Source of the DNA: Candidatus Latescibacterota bacterium
Lineage (GTDB): Bacteria > Latescibacterota > UBA2968 > UBA8231
Reading direction: 5' to 3'
NCBI GenBank assembly: GCA_965261395.1
Contig: OZ253462.1
Coordinates: 1,952,001-2,016,000, forward strand
DNA length: 64,000 bases
Part shown: in pieces, positions 39,501 to 48,922 of the stretch
How the letters are laid out: every line of letters begins with the position of its first letter
Numbering within the stretch: the stretch's first letter is position 1
Translations under genes and position numbers: made by a program
Notes under the pieces: generated by a model
What the model was told of the DNA's origin: nothing
The model's input: only the letters and a program-made list of their open reading frames with translations
Databases searched by the model: none

Positions 39501-39790
39501 GCGACTTGGCCAGTGCCCAACAGGTGATCCTCCAGGTACCCTCCACAGTACGCGAGGAACCCCCTGAGCCCAAGCCACGGGGACTCCTCATGGCCGAAGA
39601 CGGCCTCGAAGCCAACGGCATCCAAGATTTGGCCGAGCAGATTCCAGACATTACCAAGGCCGCCGTCGGCAATACCCTCAAGTTCAACATCCGCATTGAG
39701 TTCGGTGGGGAAACAACGCCCGACCCGGAGGCAGTGGAAAAGATCAACGAGCTGCTCGCTGAGGTGTCCGACAAGCTGCGACTCAATTGA
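36503..39790 (+). CDS. DUF499 family ATPase
   Basis: LAVFAADL, FFALTYPT, YGGGKTH, LLDEV, SYPFHP and FQRTRG motifs. Confidence 0.9.
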   Translation: MTTKPSWKPWQEVVQLRDDLKTGELSLAVFAADLYDVIMQKGQRPVYEHPAEFFALTYPTYNLRELVKDVALRLAGKSDKAYRKLSVNYGGGKTHTLITLRHLVHDPATLPDLPAVKEFEASIGSKAPKARVAALCFDKIDLEKGVETPGPDGTIRMLKHPWSILAFQLAGADGLRLIHADGKDAERDTPPAEPLVVELLSKPQQDDLSTLVLLDEVLMYIRVQVEAASDSRGRLISFFQYLTQAVVKVDRCAMVASLLASDPGKQDGNKLLREVSEVFGRQMEEDASPVSKEDVAEVLRRRFFKPESIRDPSVFRPHVTSVVGSIAALDEQTRKERGSAEKRYLSSYPFHPDLSDVFYTRWTQLDGFQRTRGILRTFAIALRDAEKWDTSPLVGPNVFLNEPDKNDLAEAASELASFASVDTETGKHQEWRPILEGELAKARTIQSETTGLGHREMEQAAVAVFLSSQPIGHKALTQELMVLIGAAKPDKIELEKALRRWTELSWFLDEVEVSTESEDEGLPKAWRLGNRPNLRQMHHDACTSRVSPPLVESQIINAIEKLKVLTTGASAAGAKVHNLPERPRDIADDGEFHYAILSPKAASESGKPSTEAKQFIDETTASDRPRVHRNAIVLAVPSRDGLDAARRRAREYLGWEEVRDQLKNQPIDPIREQMLINETEAARKHIPGAIRQAYSVVVTVNESNDIHAFKVVVTDAPLFTTIKADPRARIQETAISSEAMMPDGPYDLWREGEDSRRVKDLVGAFAQFPKLPKMLRQKEILDTVVQGVQQGIWVARVVRPDRTARTFWHTAIDEPALKDSGLEVLLPEAATLSDLAPDLLAYQKLPGLWEAEEIRVQDVYDYFSGSHTVSVPREGYEEMLSIPKCEPADVETAISQAVEQGVVWLTSGPASIIEEPVPAGVLSAAAILRPPPERIDVDELMAKSIPDAWKDSKANALAIATALSTKRGVNLPWPTVKSAIEDGIRARWIELSNDSAAWPCDLASAQQVILQVPSTVREEPPEPKPRGLLMAEDGLEANGIQDLAEQIPDITKAAVGNTLKFNIRIEFGGETTPDPEAVEKINELLAEVSDKLRLN

Positions 39791-39812
39791 GTCCAGCAAG
39801 GAGTCGCAACAG

Positions 39813-41414
39813 GTGACGACAGCCATGCGTTTCTTCAACACCGCTGGCCCCATCAAGACGGATATCCACTATCACGTCCCGCTCCTTTCGCGGCTCGATG
39901 TCGAGGACCTTCTGCTGCTCATCCGGCAGTGGAAGTACTTCGTCCTACACGCGCCGCGTCAGACGGGCAAAACATCGGCATTGTTCGCCTTGAGGGATCA
40001 ATTAAACGCCAGTGGCGAGTTCCGCTGCGTGTACGTCAACGTCGAGGTCGGCCAGTCGGCACGGGAGGATGTGGCCGCGGCCATGCGGGCCATACTCGGT
40101 CAGATGGCCTCAGAGGCAGAGTACGCTTTGAGCGACTCGACGCTAGGGAAGATAAGTCTCGACACCCTTGAGGCATTCGGTCCCCACCAAGCTCTTCGAG
40201 GGACGTTGGCCCGCTGGGCCGAGTCGGACGCCAAGCCGCTGGTGCTCATGCTCGACGAGATTGACGCGCTGATCGGCGACACCCTGCTGGCGGTGCTGCG
40301 ACAATTGCGCGCTGGCTACCCGGAGCGCCCGCACCGATTTCCACAGAGCGTAATTCTGTGCGGTGTGCGCGACGTGCGCGACTACCGCATCCGATCTACC
40401 GCCGAAAACGCAATCATCGCCGGGGGTAGCGCGTTCAACGTCCGCGCCGAATCCCTGCGCTTAGGAGACTTCTCGCGCGACGAGGTCGAATCACTGCTAG
40501 CACAACACACCGAGGAGACCGGCCAAGCATTCACCGAGGAGGCGCGACGCGACGTCTGGGAGCTGACCCAAGGCCAACCGTGGCTGGTCAACGCGCTGGC
40601 CTACGAAGCCTGCTTCGGCAACAAGGCCGGGCGCGACCGCAACCGGTCAATCACCGCCGACGCCATCCAAGACGCCCGCGAACAGTTGATCCTGCGCCGC
40701 GAGACGCATCTGGATCAGCTCACCGACAAGCTCCAAGAGGAACGGGTGCGCCGAGTAGTCGAACCGCTGCTGAGCGGCACCGCCGCCGCCGCCTCGATTC
40801 CCGCCGACGATTTGCAGTACGCGCGCGACTTGGGCTTGGTGGCGCAGGACGGCCCCGTTGCCATCGCCAACCCCATCTACCGCGAGGTGATCCCGCGCGA
40901 CCTCACCTACACCACTCAGGAGATGTCGATCCACCACGACCCCGCCTGGTACGTCAATGATGACGGCACCCTACAGGTGGGCAAGCTGCTGGCCGCGTTC
41001 CAAGAGTTTTTCCGCGAGCATTCCGAACACTGGGTGGAGCGTTTCCAGTACAAGGAGGCCGGCCCACAGTTGCTGCTGCAGGCGTTCTTGCAGCGTGTCG
41101 TCAACAGCGGCGGGCGAATTGAACGCGAGTATGGCTTGGGCCGCATGCGCACGGATCTGCTGCTGGTGCGGCCAGTGGGCGGGGATCCCGGCAGGACGCA
41201 GAAGGTCGTCATCGAGTGCAAGGTGCTGCATCGGGGTCTGGAGCGGACGCTGCGTGAAGGTCTGGAGCAGACGCGCGCCTACATGGACCGCTGCGCTGCG
41301 GCGGAGGGACACCTCGTGCTTTTCGACCGCAGCGAGGGCAAGTCGTGGGACGACAAGGTGTATCGCCGCGAGGAAACTGAAGGCGGCGCGCCAGTCACGG
41401 TGTGGGGAATGTGA
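39813..41414 (+). CDS. AAA-like ATPase with C-terminal PD-(D/E)XK-like domain (copy 2)
   Basis: Close paralog of 22061..23662 with long identical stretches. AAGGAG RBS before GTG 39813. Confidence 0.85.
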   Translation: MTTAMRFFNTAGPIKTDIHYHVPLLSRLDVEDLLLLIRQWKYFVLHAPRQTGKTSALFALRDQLNASGEFRCVYVNVEVGQSAREDVAAAMRAILGQMASEAEYALSDSTLGKISLDTLEAFGPHQALRGTLARWAESDAKPLVLMLDEIDALIGDTLLAVLRQLRAGYPERPHRFPQSVILCGVRDVRDYRIRSTAENAIIAGGSAFNVRAESLRLGDFSRDEVESLLAQHTEETGQAFTEEARRDVWELTQGQPWLVNALAYEACFGNKAGRDRNRSITADAIQDAREQLILRRETHLDQLTDKLQEERVRRVVEPLLSGTAAAASIPADDLQYARDLGLVAQDGPVAIANPIYREVIPRDLTYTTQEMSIHHDPAWYVNDDGTLQVGKLLAAFQEFFREHSEHWVERFQYKEAGPQLLLQAFLQRVVNSGGRIEREYGLGRMRTDLLLVRPVGGDPGRTQKVVIECKVLHRGLERTLREGLEQTRAYMDRCAAAEGHLVLFDRSEGKSWDDKVYRREETEGGAPVTVWGM

Positions 41415-41543
41415 GCGATGGTAACGTTGTTTGGGAGAAGATCGATGGAACATTCGATGATGAACTTGAAGATGGCCGCAGACAACTCGCCATGAAATGC
41501 AGCAGCGATAGAGTACGGGACCACAACCAAGGAAACAACGCCC

Positions 41544-42716
41544 ATGCGAGCGACCATATACACATACCCCTGGGACTTGACGGACGAGGGCATTGACTCG
41601 GCCCTAGACACCATCGCCCACACAGCCGGCCTCAACAGCGTCAGCTTGGCCCAGAGCTACCACGTATCGACGTATTTTTTACCGCACAATCCCCGGCGGC
41701 CCCTCTATTGGGGAGAAGAAGGCGCGCTCTACTTCCAGCCATCCGCCGCCTTTTACGACGAAAGCCCAATCGCGCCCCTAATCAGCAACGTCGTCGATGG
41801 CCCGGATTACATGCGCCGAATCGCGGATAAAATCAGGGAGCGCGGCCTCGACCTGACGAGTTGGTTGGTCTTCAACTACAACCACTACCTGCCCCAGCGC
41901 TATCCAGACGCAGCCAAGCACGATCCCTTTGGACACAGCAACTTCGCCCAACTATGCCCGGCCAGCCCCTTGGTGCGCGACTACGCTTGCGCGCTCTGCC
42001 GCGATATAGCCGCGCAGTTCCAGCCCGACGAATTCCACCTCGAATCGCTGGGCTACCTGCACTTCAGCTACGGGTTCCGCAATCCCAAGGTCGGCGTAAA
42101 GATCACGCCCTTCTGCGAACTGTTGATGGGGTTGTGCTACTGCCAGCACTGCTTGCAGCGGGCCGGTGCCCTCGGCTTGGACGGAGAGAGCTTCCGCGCA
42201 GAGGTCGCCGAATACCTCGCCCGCGAACTCGCCACTGAGCCTGCCCCAGAAGACATGCAGTCCCCTAGCGCCGAATGCCTCGCCGCCGCCTTTTCCGGCC
42301 GCTTGCAGACCTTGCTCGACGCCCGCGTCGAAACGGCGACCTCGCTGGTGGAGGAAGCCATTGCCATCGCCAACCAAGCCGGCGCACGCGCCTCGTTCTT
42401 CGGGGGCCGCGACCGGGTCGTCAACGGGCTTGATTCGGATCGCGTCCTCCGCAACGTGTACATGGTCAACGCTGGCGTGGGCGGCGAGCCGGATGCCCTA
42501 GCCGCTAGCGTCCGCGGCCTGCGCGGCGAATTCCCCGCCGAAACCGGCCTGAGCGCCATCGTCTCCCCTGGGGGATTCGCCGCCGGCGACGCGCTCGGCG
42601 CACACCTGACCGCGCTGAGTCAAGCGGGCGTCAATGGCTACGCCTTCTACAACTACGGACTCATCCGCCGCGCCCACCTCGAGTGGATCGGTACCCACCG
42701 CCATTTGTGGGCGTAG
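41544..42716 (+). CDS. Hypothetical protein, probable glycoside-hydrolase-like TIM barrel
   Basis: YTYPWD, SYH, LCPASP, HLES, CYCQHC and FYNYG motifs. Function inferred only. Confidence 0.55.
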   Translation: MRATIYTYPWDLTDEGIDSALDTIAHTAGLNSVSLAQSYHVSTYFLPHNPRRPLYWGEEGALYFQPSAAFYDESPIAPLISNVVDGPDYMRRIADKIRERGLDLTSWLVFNYNHYLPQRYPDAAKHDPFGHSNFAQLCPASPLVRDYACALCRDIAAQFQPDEFHLESLGYLHFSYGFRNPKVGVKITPFCELLMGLCYCQHCLQRAGALGLDGESFRAEVAEYLARELATEPAPEDMQSPSAECLAAAFSGRLQTLLDARVETATSLVEEAIAIANQAGARASFFGGRDRVVNGLDSDRVLRNVYMVNAGVGGEPDALAASVRGLRGEFPAETGLSAIVSPGGFAAGDALGAHLTALSQAGVNGYAFYNYGLIRRAHLEWIGTHRHLWA

Positions 42717-42743
42717 CGCTTTCCGACCGCAGGAGCTAACGAT

Positions 42744-43754
42744 ATGGACATCCAAGCGATCCAACGCGCCATCGACGCGCAGCCCCGCCACCGCCTGACG
42801 CATTTGCCAACGCCCTTACAGCATTGTCCGCGACTGTCGGCCGCGCTCGGGGGGCCGCAGATCTGGATCAAGCGCGACGATCTGACCGGCCTCGCCTTTG
42901 GCGGCAACAAGTCCCGCTACCTCGAATTCACCCTCGCCGAGGCCACGGCCCAGGGGTGCGATGCGGCCGTGCTGAGCGCGGTCGTCCAGTCGAATCACTG
43001 CCGCCAATTCGCCGCAGCCTGTGCCCAGCTCGGCCTCAAGGGCGTCGTCGTCCTACGCGAGAATGATTCCATCATGGGGCGCAAATCGCCGGCCCAGGGC
43101 AACTACCTTTTAGACCAGCTATGCGGAACGCGCATCCGCTTTGCTCCGCCCGAGGGCATCGGCGCAACCATAGCCGAGGAAGTGGAGCGACTCAAGGCAG
43201 AAGGACACAAGCCTTTCACCGGCCTGTCCGGGCTGTTGTCGCGCGTTGCCTATATCCAATGTGCGTTGGAAATCGAAACCCAAGTACGCGCCGCGGGCAT
43301 CCAAGCCGACGATGTGGTAGTGGGGTCAGGAGGGACCAGCTTGGCCGGGCTGGTAGCCGGATTTTCCCTTTTGGGGCGCTCGACTCGCTTCCTCGGCACC
43401 CCCCAGAGCAAGATGGGCCAGCGCGAAGGGGTATCTGAGCGCATCGCACAATCCGCCGCGGAAGCTGCGGCCCACCTCGGCCTCGAATGCGCGCCCGACC
43501 CAGAGCACATCGCCGTGACCGATGAGTACGTCGGCCCGGGCTTCGGCCATTTGGACCGCGCTACGCTCGACAGCATCCGCCTTCTCGCCCAGAGCGAGGG
43601 CATCTTCGTCGATCCCACCTATTCGGGCAAGGGACTGGCCTGCCTAATTGATCAGGTGCGCCAAGGGCGTTTCCGCGACAGCGCCAACATCGTCTTCGTC
43701 CACACCGGCGGAACACCGCTTCTCTTCGCCTACGGAGAAGCCCTGCTCGACTAG
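42744..43754 (+). CDS. PLP-dependent D-cysteine desulfhydrase/ACC deaminase family protein
   Basis: KRDDLTGLAFGGNKSR, QSNHCR, DPTYSGK and HTGG motifs. Confidence 0.9.
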   Translation: MDIQAIQRAIDAQPRHRLTHLPTPLQHCPRLSAALGGPQIWIKRDDLTGLAFGGNKSRYLEFTLAEATAQGCDAAVLSAVVQSNHCRQFAAACAQLGLKGVVVLRENDSIMGRKSPAQGNYLLDQLCGTRIRFAPPEGIGATIAEEVERLKAEGHKPFTGLSGLLSRVAYIQCALEIETQVRAAGIQADDVVVGSGGTSLAGLVAGFSLLGRSTRFLGTPQSKMGQREGVSERIAQSAAEAAAHLGLECAPDPEHIAVTDEYVGPGFGHLDRATLDSIRLLAQSEGIFVDPTYSGKGLACLIDQVRQGRFRDSANIVFVHTGGTPLLFAYGEALLD

Positions 43755-45292
43755 GGGGCTAACCCCAACGGCCCAACCAACTCGTCCAGCGCGTCCGCCA
43801 GCGGCTGTGGATTGTCGAGATCGGCGATGATGGCCGCCAAGAAGACCACGCCACGGCGGCGGGCAAAATCCGCAATCTGCGCGTAACTCAGCTTGGGCAG
43901 ATCCGCTAGCTGCTCGCCTACTAAATGCGCGAGTCGCTGCTCTAAGATCGGCGGTCGCTCGGCGTACGGCATGTTCTTCAGCAGCAGGATTAGGTCGTTG
44001 CGCGCTAAGACGCGCTCGCGGACTCCGTAGCCCAAGCGGCGGCAATAGCCGTCAAAGTCGTCCAAGGCATCCGCGCGCCCCCCCGCCAATCCCAGCGCAT
44101 CCTCCCGGCCAAAGAGGGTCGTCATTATGGTCTGCGCGATCAGATAATGGCCCCAGACCGTGGGGTGCAAATACTCGGTGATTAGCTCGTCGCCGACCAA
44201 ACCAGCCGGAGCATGGGTGGCAAGCTCCTGCTCCACATTGATCAAGATCGCCCCAGACTCAGCGGCCAAGGTGCGAATGGCGCGGTTGAAGGGCGAGCAG
44301 GCCCGCAGGTGAATGCCGTCCAAATCGCGAGCGCGCACCAACGCGGCCAGTGCCTGCGCGGAATCCCCGGCCGCTTGGTGCGCCAAGCCCGCGGCAAAGT
44401 GCAGGGCCGCGTGCTGCGGATAATCCGCCAGCGCCGAGTTTGGCGGCGGGACCGGCCCCTGCGAGCGCAGGGGATAAAATCCGGCCAAATTGGAAACCAG
44501 CGTACAGAGCGCGACCGGCACCTCGCGCTCGCGTAGCACCTCGACTATCTCGGTCATATTGCGCTGGTAATGGGCCTCGGTCTGCCGATGCGCTTCGTCC
44601 TCCAAGTAGATCTCCCGCTGCACCAAGTGCACGCCAAAGGACTCGGCGGGTGCGGCGGGGCCCAGCGCGGCCGCGGCGTAATGCAGCAGGCTTTCGAGCA
44701 AGTAGTAGGTCTTTGTCCGCTGCAAGAACATCTGCAACCGTATGAAGGCCCTGTTGCCGCTCAGGCGCGCAAACGGGGTCGCGGCCCCGTACGGCCCCAC
44801 GAACTCGTTGTGACCGGCGTAGATCACGACCAAATCCGGCTCGTACTCGACTACCTCCTCGACAAATTCGCGCACGACGAAGGAATTGATGGCCGTGACG
44901 CCGCAGTTGACAACCTCGATCTCGCGTGCTGGATACGCATCGGCGAGCATCTGTTGCAAGAAGTTGGGAAACGAAGTGTAGGCGGGGTTGGGGAAGCCGA
45001 GCAGGGTTGAAGCCCCCAGCGCGAACACGCGAAACGCGCGCGCGTCTTTGTCGCGGGCAAAGCGATCTTGACCAGGGGCCAAGCGCACGTATTGGCGGGG
45101 GAAAAAGCGCCGCGCGGCCTGCGGATTGATGCGGTAGGACGAGCCGGTAGCCGCGAAAAGAGCGTCGTCCGGGCCGACGTCCATCAGCCACAAGGCCGCC
45201 TCAAAGAGCACGACGAACGACAAACCAACCAGTATAGCAACGGCCCGGCCTTTTGCCCTATTTGTTGTTTTTACTTTGTTTTGCGCGTTCAT
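43751..45292 (-). CDS. SGNH/GDSL-fold membrane-anchored protein with TPR-like segment
   Basis: N-terminal TM helix, LGAST, VNCG, YAGHNEF and EYLHP motifs. Confidence 0.75.
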   Translation of the reverse strand: MNAQNKVKTTNRAKGRAVAILVGLSFVVLFEAALWLMDVGPDDALFAATGSSYRINPQAARRFFPRQYVRLAPGQDRFARDKDARAFRVFALGASTLLGFPNPAYTSFPNFLQQMLADAYPAREIEVVNCGVTAINSFVVREFVEEVVEYEPDLVVIYAGHNEFVGPYGAATPFARLSGNRAFIRLQMFLQRTKTYYLLESLLHYAAAALGPAAPAESFGVHLVQREIYLEDEAHRQTEAHYQRNMTEIVEVLREREVPVALCTLVSNLAGFYPLRSQGPVPPPNSALADYPQHAALHFAAGLAHQAAGDSAQALAALVRARDLDGIHLRACSPFNRAIRTLAAESGAILINVEQELATHAPAGLVGDELITEYLHPTVWGHYLIAQTIMTTLFGREDALGLAGGRADALDDFDGYCRRLGYGVRERVLARNDLILLLKNMPYAERPPILEQRLAHLVGEQLADLPKLSYAQIADFARRRGVVFLAAIIADLDNPQPLADALDELVGPLGLAP

Positions 45293-45308
45293 CAACACTT
45301 AAAAAAAC

Positions 45309-47261
45309 ATGGCTGAAATCGACTCTTCTGACAATGCGCCGGCCGCCATTACGGGCCGGAGCATCCTCGTCGGCGCCGTGCTGAGCTTGGTCATTGCCGT
45401 CGGTATTCCCTACGGCAGCATGGTCGTGCAAGGCTCGCGCCTCGGGCTGAGTTCGGCTACGCCGGCGGCGTTTTTCCTGCTATTCGTCCTGCTCCTGACC
45501 CTTCAAATTGCCTTGGGACGCCGGGGTTTTCGGCGCGGTGAGTTGGTCGTCATCTTCGCCATGATGGCCGTTGCCACGGCCATCCCCACGCGCGGCGTAG
45601 TGGGGATGCTGCTGCCGATGATCACCGGCACCTTCTACTACGCCACTCCTGAAAACCAATGGGCCGACTTAGTCCATCCGTTTCTCTCGGATTGGATGGT
45701 GGTGTACGATCCGGCCGCGGTAAAAGCATTTTACGAGGGCACCAAAGGCTCGGCCATTCCCTATGACGTCTGGCTCAAGCCGCTCGGGCGCTGGTTTGCA
45801 TTCTACGCGGGGTTTTACGCAGCCATCATCGCGGCCATATCCATCTTGCGCCGCCAATGGGTTGACAACGAGCGACTCGTTTTTCCGCTGGCCCAAGTCC
45901 CTCTCGCCATGATACAAGACGACGATGGCGGCGAGCAAAAAACTCTCAGACCTTTTTTTCGCAACCCCATCATGTGGTGCGGCTTGTTGCTGCCCTTCTT
46001 GCTCAACAGCACCAACGCCCTGCACCACTACTTCAACTTCGTCCCCTCCCTCGCCCTCCAGACTAGCGTCGAGCTTTTCAACCGCACGGCCTCGCTCAAC
46101 ATCCGCATGAACTTCCTGATGTTCGGCTTCGCGTATTTCATCAACTCTAATATCGCCTTCAGCCTGTGGTTTTTCTACCTGCTCCACGTGATACAAGAAA
46201 GTGTCTTCAGCTACATCGGCATCTTCAGCCCCGAGGAACTGGGACCTTGGACCGGGTCTGGGCCGGTGGGCGCGATTATGGGACATCAGATGATGGGCGC
46301 GATCATCGTCTTGGTGTTCTTTGGGTTGTGGACGGCGCGGCCCCACCTCAAAAACGTCCTGCGCAAGGCCCTGTGGGGCGACGACCGGATCGACGACTCG
46401 CAGGAGATTCTCTCCTATCGGGCCGCGTTTTGGCTCTTCATCGGCGGTGTCTGCACCATGGGCTTCTGGCTGTGGAAAAGCGGGATCCCGGCTTGGATCG
46501 TGCCCTTCTTCCTGTTCTCTTCCTTGGTCATATTCATCGGCCTAGCGCGCGTCATCGCCGAGGCGGGCATGCCCACCGTAACCCCAGAAATGGTCCCGGC
46601 CGGCTTTGTCGTCTCCGGCGTTGGAGTCCCGGCCCTCGGCGCGCAAGGCATGGTCGCCACAGGCTACTCTTTGGTCTGGGCGGGGGACCTGCTGGTCTTT
46701 ATGACCGCGCCCCTCGCCAACAGCCTGCGCTTGAGCAGCGCGATCAAAGGCACCCGCCGCCCGCTCTTCTGGGCGATTGTCGCGGCCATGCTCATCAGCC
46801 TAGTAGTCTCCTCTTGGTTCATGCTCTACCTCGCATACCGCGACGGCGCGCTCAACCTACATCCCCAATACTTCACCGGCTTTGCTGCATACCCCTCGGA
46901 CTTTGCCGCGCAAAAGCTCGCCAATCCCACGGGACCGAGCCTTGCCGGGTGGCTGTGGACGGGTTTCGGCGCCCTGATCATGGGCGGTTTGATGACCGCC
47001 CGCCACTTCTTCGTCTGGTGGCCCTTTCACCCGCTCGGCTTTGCGGTGAGCACCGGCTGGGTAATGAACAGCATCTGGTTTTCGATCTTTCTCGCTTGGC
47101 TCATCAAGATCACCGTCCTCAAATACGGCGGCCCCCGCACCTACCTCCTCACCCGCCCCTTTTTCGTCGGGGTCGTGCTCGGCCAGTTCGTCGCCGCTGG
47201 CCTGTGGCTGGTGGTGGATGGCTTTACCGGCATGGTCGGCAATCGAACACCTGTATATTAA
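45309..47261 (+). CDS. Polytopic membrane protein (DUF6785/DUF6784-like, putative transporter)
   Basis: Many TM helices. RRQWVDNERLVFPL, WWPFHPLGF and LKYGG motifs. Confidence 0.75.
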   Translation: MAEIDSSDNAPAAITGRSILVGAVLSLVIAVGIPYGSMVVQGSRLGLSSATPAAFFLLFVLLLTLQIALGRRGFRRGELVVIFAMMAVATAIPTRGVVGMLLPMITGTFYYATPENQWADLVHPFLSDWMVVYDPAAVKAFYEGTKGSAIPYDVWLKPLGRWFAFYAGFYAAIIAAISILRRQWVDNERLVFPLAQVPLAMIQDDDGGEQKTLRPFFRNPIMWCGLLLPFLLNSTNALHHYFNFVPSLALQTSVELFNRTASLNIRMNFLMFGFAYFINSNIAFSLWFFYLLHVIQESVFSYIGIFSPEELGPWTGSGPVGAIMGHQMMGAIIVLVFFGLWTARPHLKNVLRKALWGDDRIDDSQEILSYRAAFWLFIGGVCTMGFWLWKSGIPAWIVPFFLFSSLVIFIGLARVIAEAGMPTVTPEMVPAGFVVSGVGVPALGAQGMVATGYSLVWAGDLLVFMTAPLANSLRLSSAIKGTRRPLFWAIVAAMLISLVVSSWFMLYLAYRDGALNLHPQYFTGFAAYPSDFAAQKLANPTGPSLAGWLWTGFGALIMGGLMTARHFFVWWPFHPLGFAVSTGWVMNSIWFSIFLAWLIKITVLKYGGPRTYLLTRPFFVGVVLGQFVAAGLWLVVDGFTGMVGNRTPVY

Positions 47262-47275
47262 AGGAAAGAATCTCT

Positions 47276-48919
47276 ATGCGACCTCTGTACACCCTCGCTA
47301 TCACTATCGCCCTCGCGAGTTGCTCTCAGGAGGCAAACTCGCCGGTAGCGCGAGTCAATGACGTACCCATCTCGGCGGAGAGCCTGTGGGCCTTTGTCGA
47401 AAAGCTGCCTCCAGGCTTGCGCAACCCCGAAGGCGGCGACGCGGCCCGACGTCAATACGTGCAATCGCTTATCGACCGCCAACTAATTCTCAAAGAGGCT
47501 ATCACTCACGGGCTGGATACCCTACAATCGGTAAAACGCGCCGTCGATGAGGCCGTGGATGCGCGGGTCATCGCCCTCTATCGGGCGCGCAGCATAACCG
47601 CTCAGGTGCAAGTGCCCGAAGAAGAGGTGCGGCGCGTCTTTGCGGAAGAGGGCTACCACCGCGAGCGCAAGCTCAACGCGATCCTGGTCCACACTCGCGC
47701 CGAAATCGAAGCGGCCATGGCCGCGCTCGACACCGGCCAGCCCTTTGCCGAAGTGGCCCGCGCGCACTCGCTCGACAAGCGCTCGGCTGAACAGGGCGGC
47801 GAGTTGGGCTTTATTGGCCGCGAGGCTGCGCCCGGTCTGCACATCCCAGCCGAGGTCTTCAATACGCTGCCCTTGGGGGAAATATCCGCCCCTTTGCGCG
47901 CCGGCCGCAGTTGGCACATCGTCCGCTTCACCGAAGACCGCGACACACCTTACGAGCGCTACCGCCCCCTCATCGAAGAGCAGCTATTCCGCGAGCGCTT
48001 GGCCCAAGTTGAGGCCGAGCACTTTGAGTCACTCCGCGCGGCGGCAAGTGCAGCCCTCGACCACGATGGGCTGCAACTCATGCTCAGCGCGGCCCAGCGC
48101 GAGGACGGCGCGCTGCTCGACACATCCGCCGCGCCGCTCTACACTTTTGCCGAGGGCCAAGCCACGGTCGCTGCGGCTTATAAGGCCCTGAGACGGCTCA
48201 ATGCCCAGCGCAGCCTCAAAGACAGCACGCGCGCGCGCACCGCGCTAGACAGGTTGGTGCTGCGGCCCCTCCTCCAGCGCCGCGCCGCCCGCGAACAGGG
48301 CCTACACGAAGACCCAGACATCCAACGGCTGGCCACGCGGGCTTACCAAGACGCACTGCTCAACGCCGTGCGCAACCGCTTCGCAGCCGTCGAAATGCTC
48401 TCCGACGCCGAGGTATGGGAATACTACGACAGCCACCCAGATATGTTTTATCACGAAGAGTCCGTCGAGGTCGAAGAGCTGCTCGCGTCTAGCCCGGCCG
48501 AGGCCCAGTGGTTCAGCGACCAACTCGCCGCCGGCGCGAGTTTTGCCGACCTCGCCGACCGCAGCGTCCGCGCCCAAGCGGTCAAGTCGCAAGCGCGCTT
48601 CCACTTCCATCCGCGCGACGAGAAGCTCTATCCGCACCTAGTCCCGGCCATCTATGCAGCACAACCCGGCCAGCTCGTCGGGCCGATTCGGGTGCGCGAC
48701 GGGTACTCCATTTTCCGCGTCCAAGGACGCAACCCCGGCCGGGTCGAGCCGTACGAGCAGGTCCAGCGCCGCGCCCACGCGCTGCTGCGCCGCGAGCGAG
48801 AAAACGCGGCCTTCACCAGCTTGGTCCAAGACCTGCGCCAGCGCTATCAGAGCCGGGTCGAAATCGACGAGCAAGCACTCAAGGCCGCCCTGCCAGATTC
48901 GCTGGTCCAAGGCACCTGA
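47276..48919 (+). CDS. PpiC/parvulin-type peptidyl-prolyl isomerase lipoprotein (two rotamase domains)
   Basis: Lipobox LASC, FAEVARAHS...GGELG and GASFADLA motifs. AAGGA RBS before ATG 47276. Confidence 0.82.
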   Translation: MRPLYTLAITIALASCSQEANSPVARVNDVPISAESLWAFVEKLPPGLRNPEGGDAARRQYVQSLIDRQLILKEAITHGLDTLQSVKRAVDEAVDARVIALYRARSITAQVQVPEEEVRRVFAEEGYHRERKLNAILVHTRAEIEAAMAALDTGQPFAEVARAHSLDKRSAEQGGELGFIGREAAPGLHIPAEVFNTLPLGEISAPLRAGRSWHIVRFTEDRDTPYERYRPLIEEQLFRERLAQVEAEHFESLRAAASAALDHDGLQLMLSAAQREDGALLDTSAAPLYTFAEGQATVAAAYKALRRLNAQRSLKDSTRARTALDRLVLRPLLQRRAAREQGLHEDPDIQRLATRAYQDALLNAVRNRFAAVEMLSDAEVWEYYDSHPDMFYHEESVEVEELLASSPAEAQWFSDQLAAGASFADLADRSVRAQAVKSQARFHFHPRDEKLYPHLVPAIYAAQPGQLVGPIRVRDGYSIFRVQGRNPGRVEPYEQVQRRAHALLRRERENAAFTSLVQDLRQRYQSRVEIDEQALKAALPDSLVQGT

Positions 48920-48922
48920 GCG

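Noticed and set aside
18560-41543. Island considered as a prophage, ICE or composite transposon
   Set aside because: No integrase, phage or conjugation genes, tRNA or terminal att repeats were seen. The only IS is internal and single.
41402-41596. 64-aa ORF at the island's right edge
   Set aside because: It overlaps both neighbours and has no motif. It may be a remnant but cannot be supported.
46166-47275. 917-aa ORF that appears to extend the PPIase by 370 aa
   Set aside because: The extension overlaps the membrane-protein gene in another frame and is Arg/Pro-rich shadow sequence. An RBS and lipoprotein signal begin at 47276.
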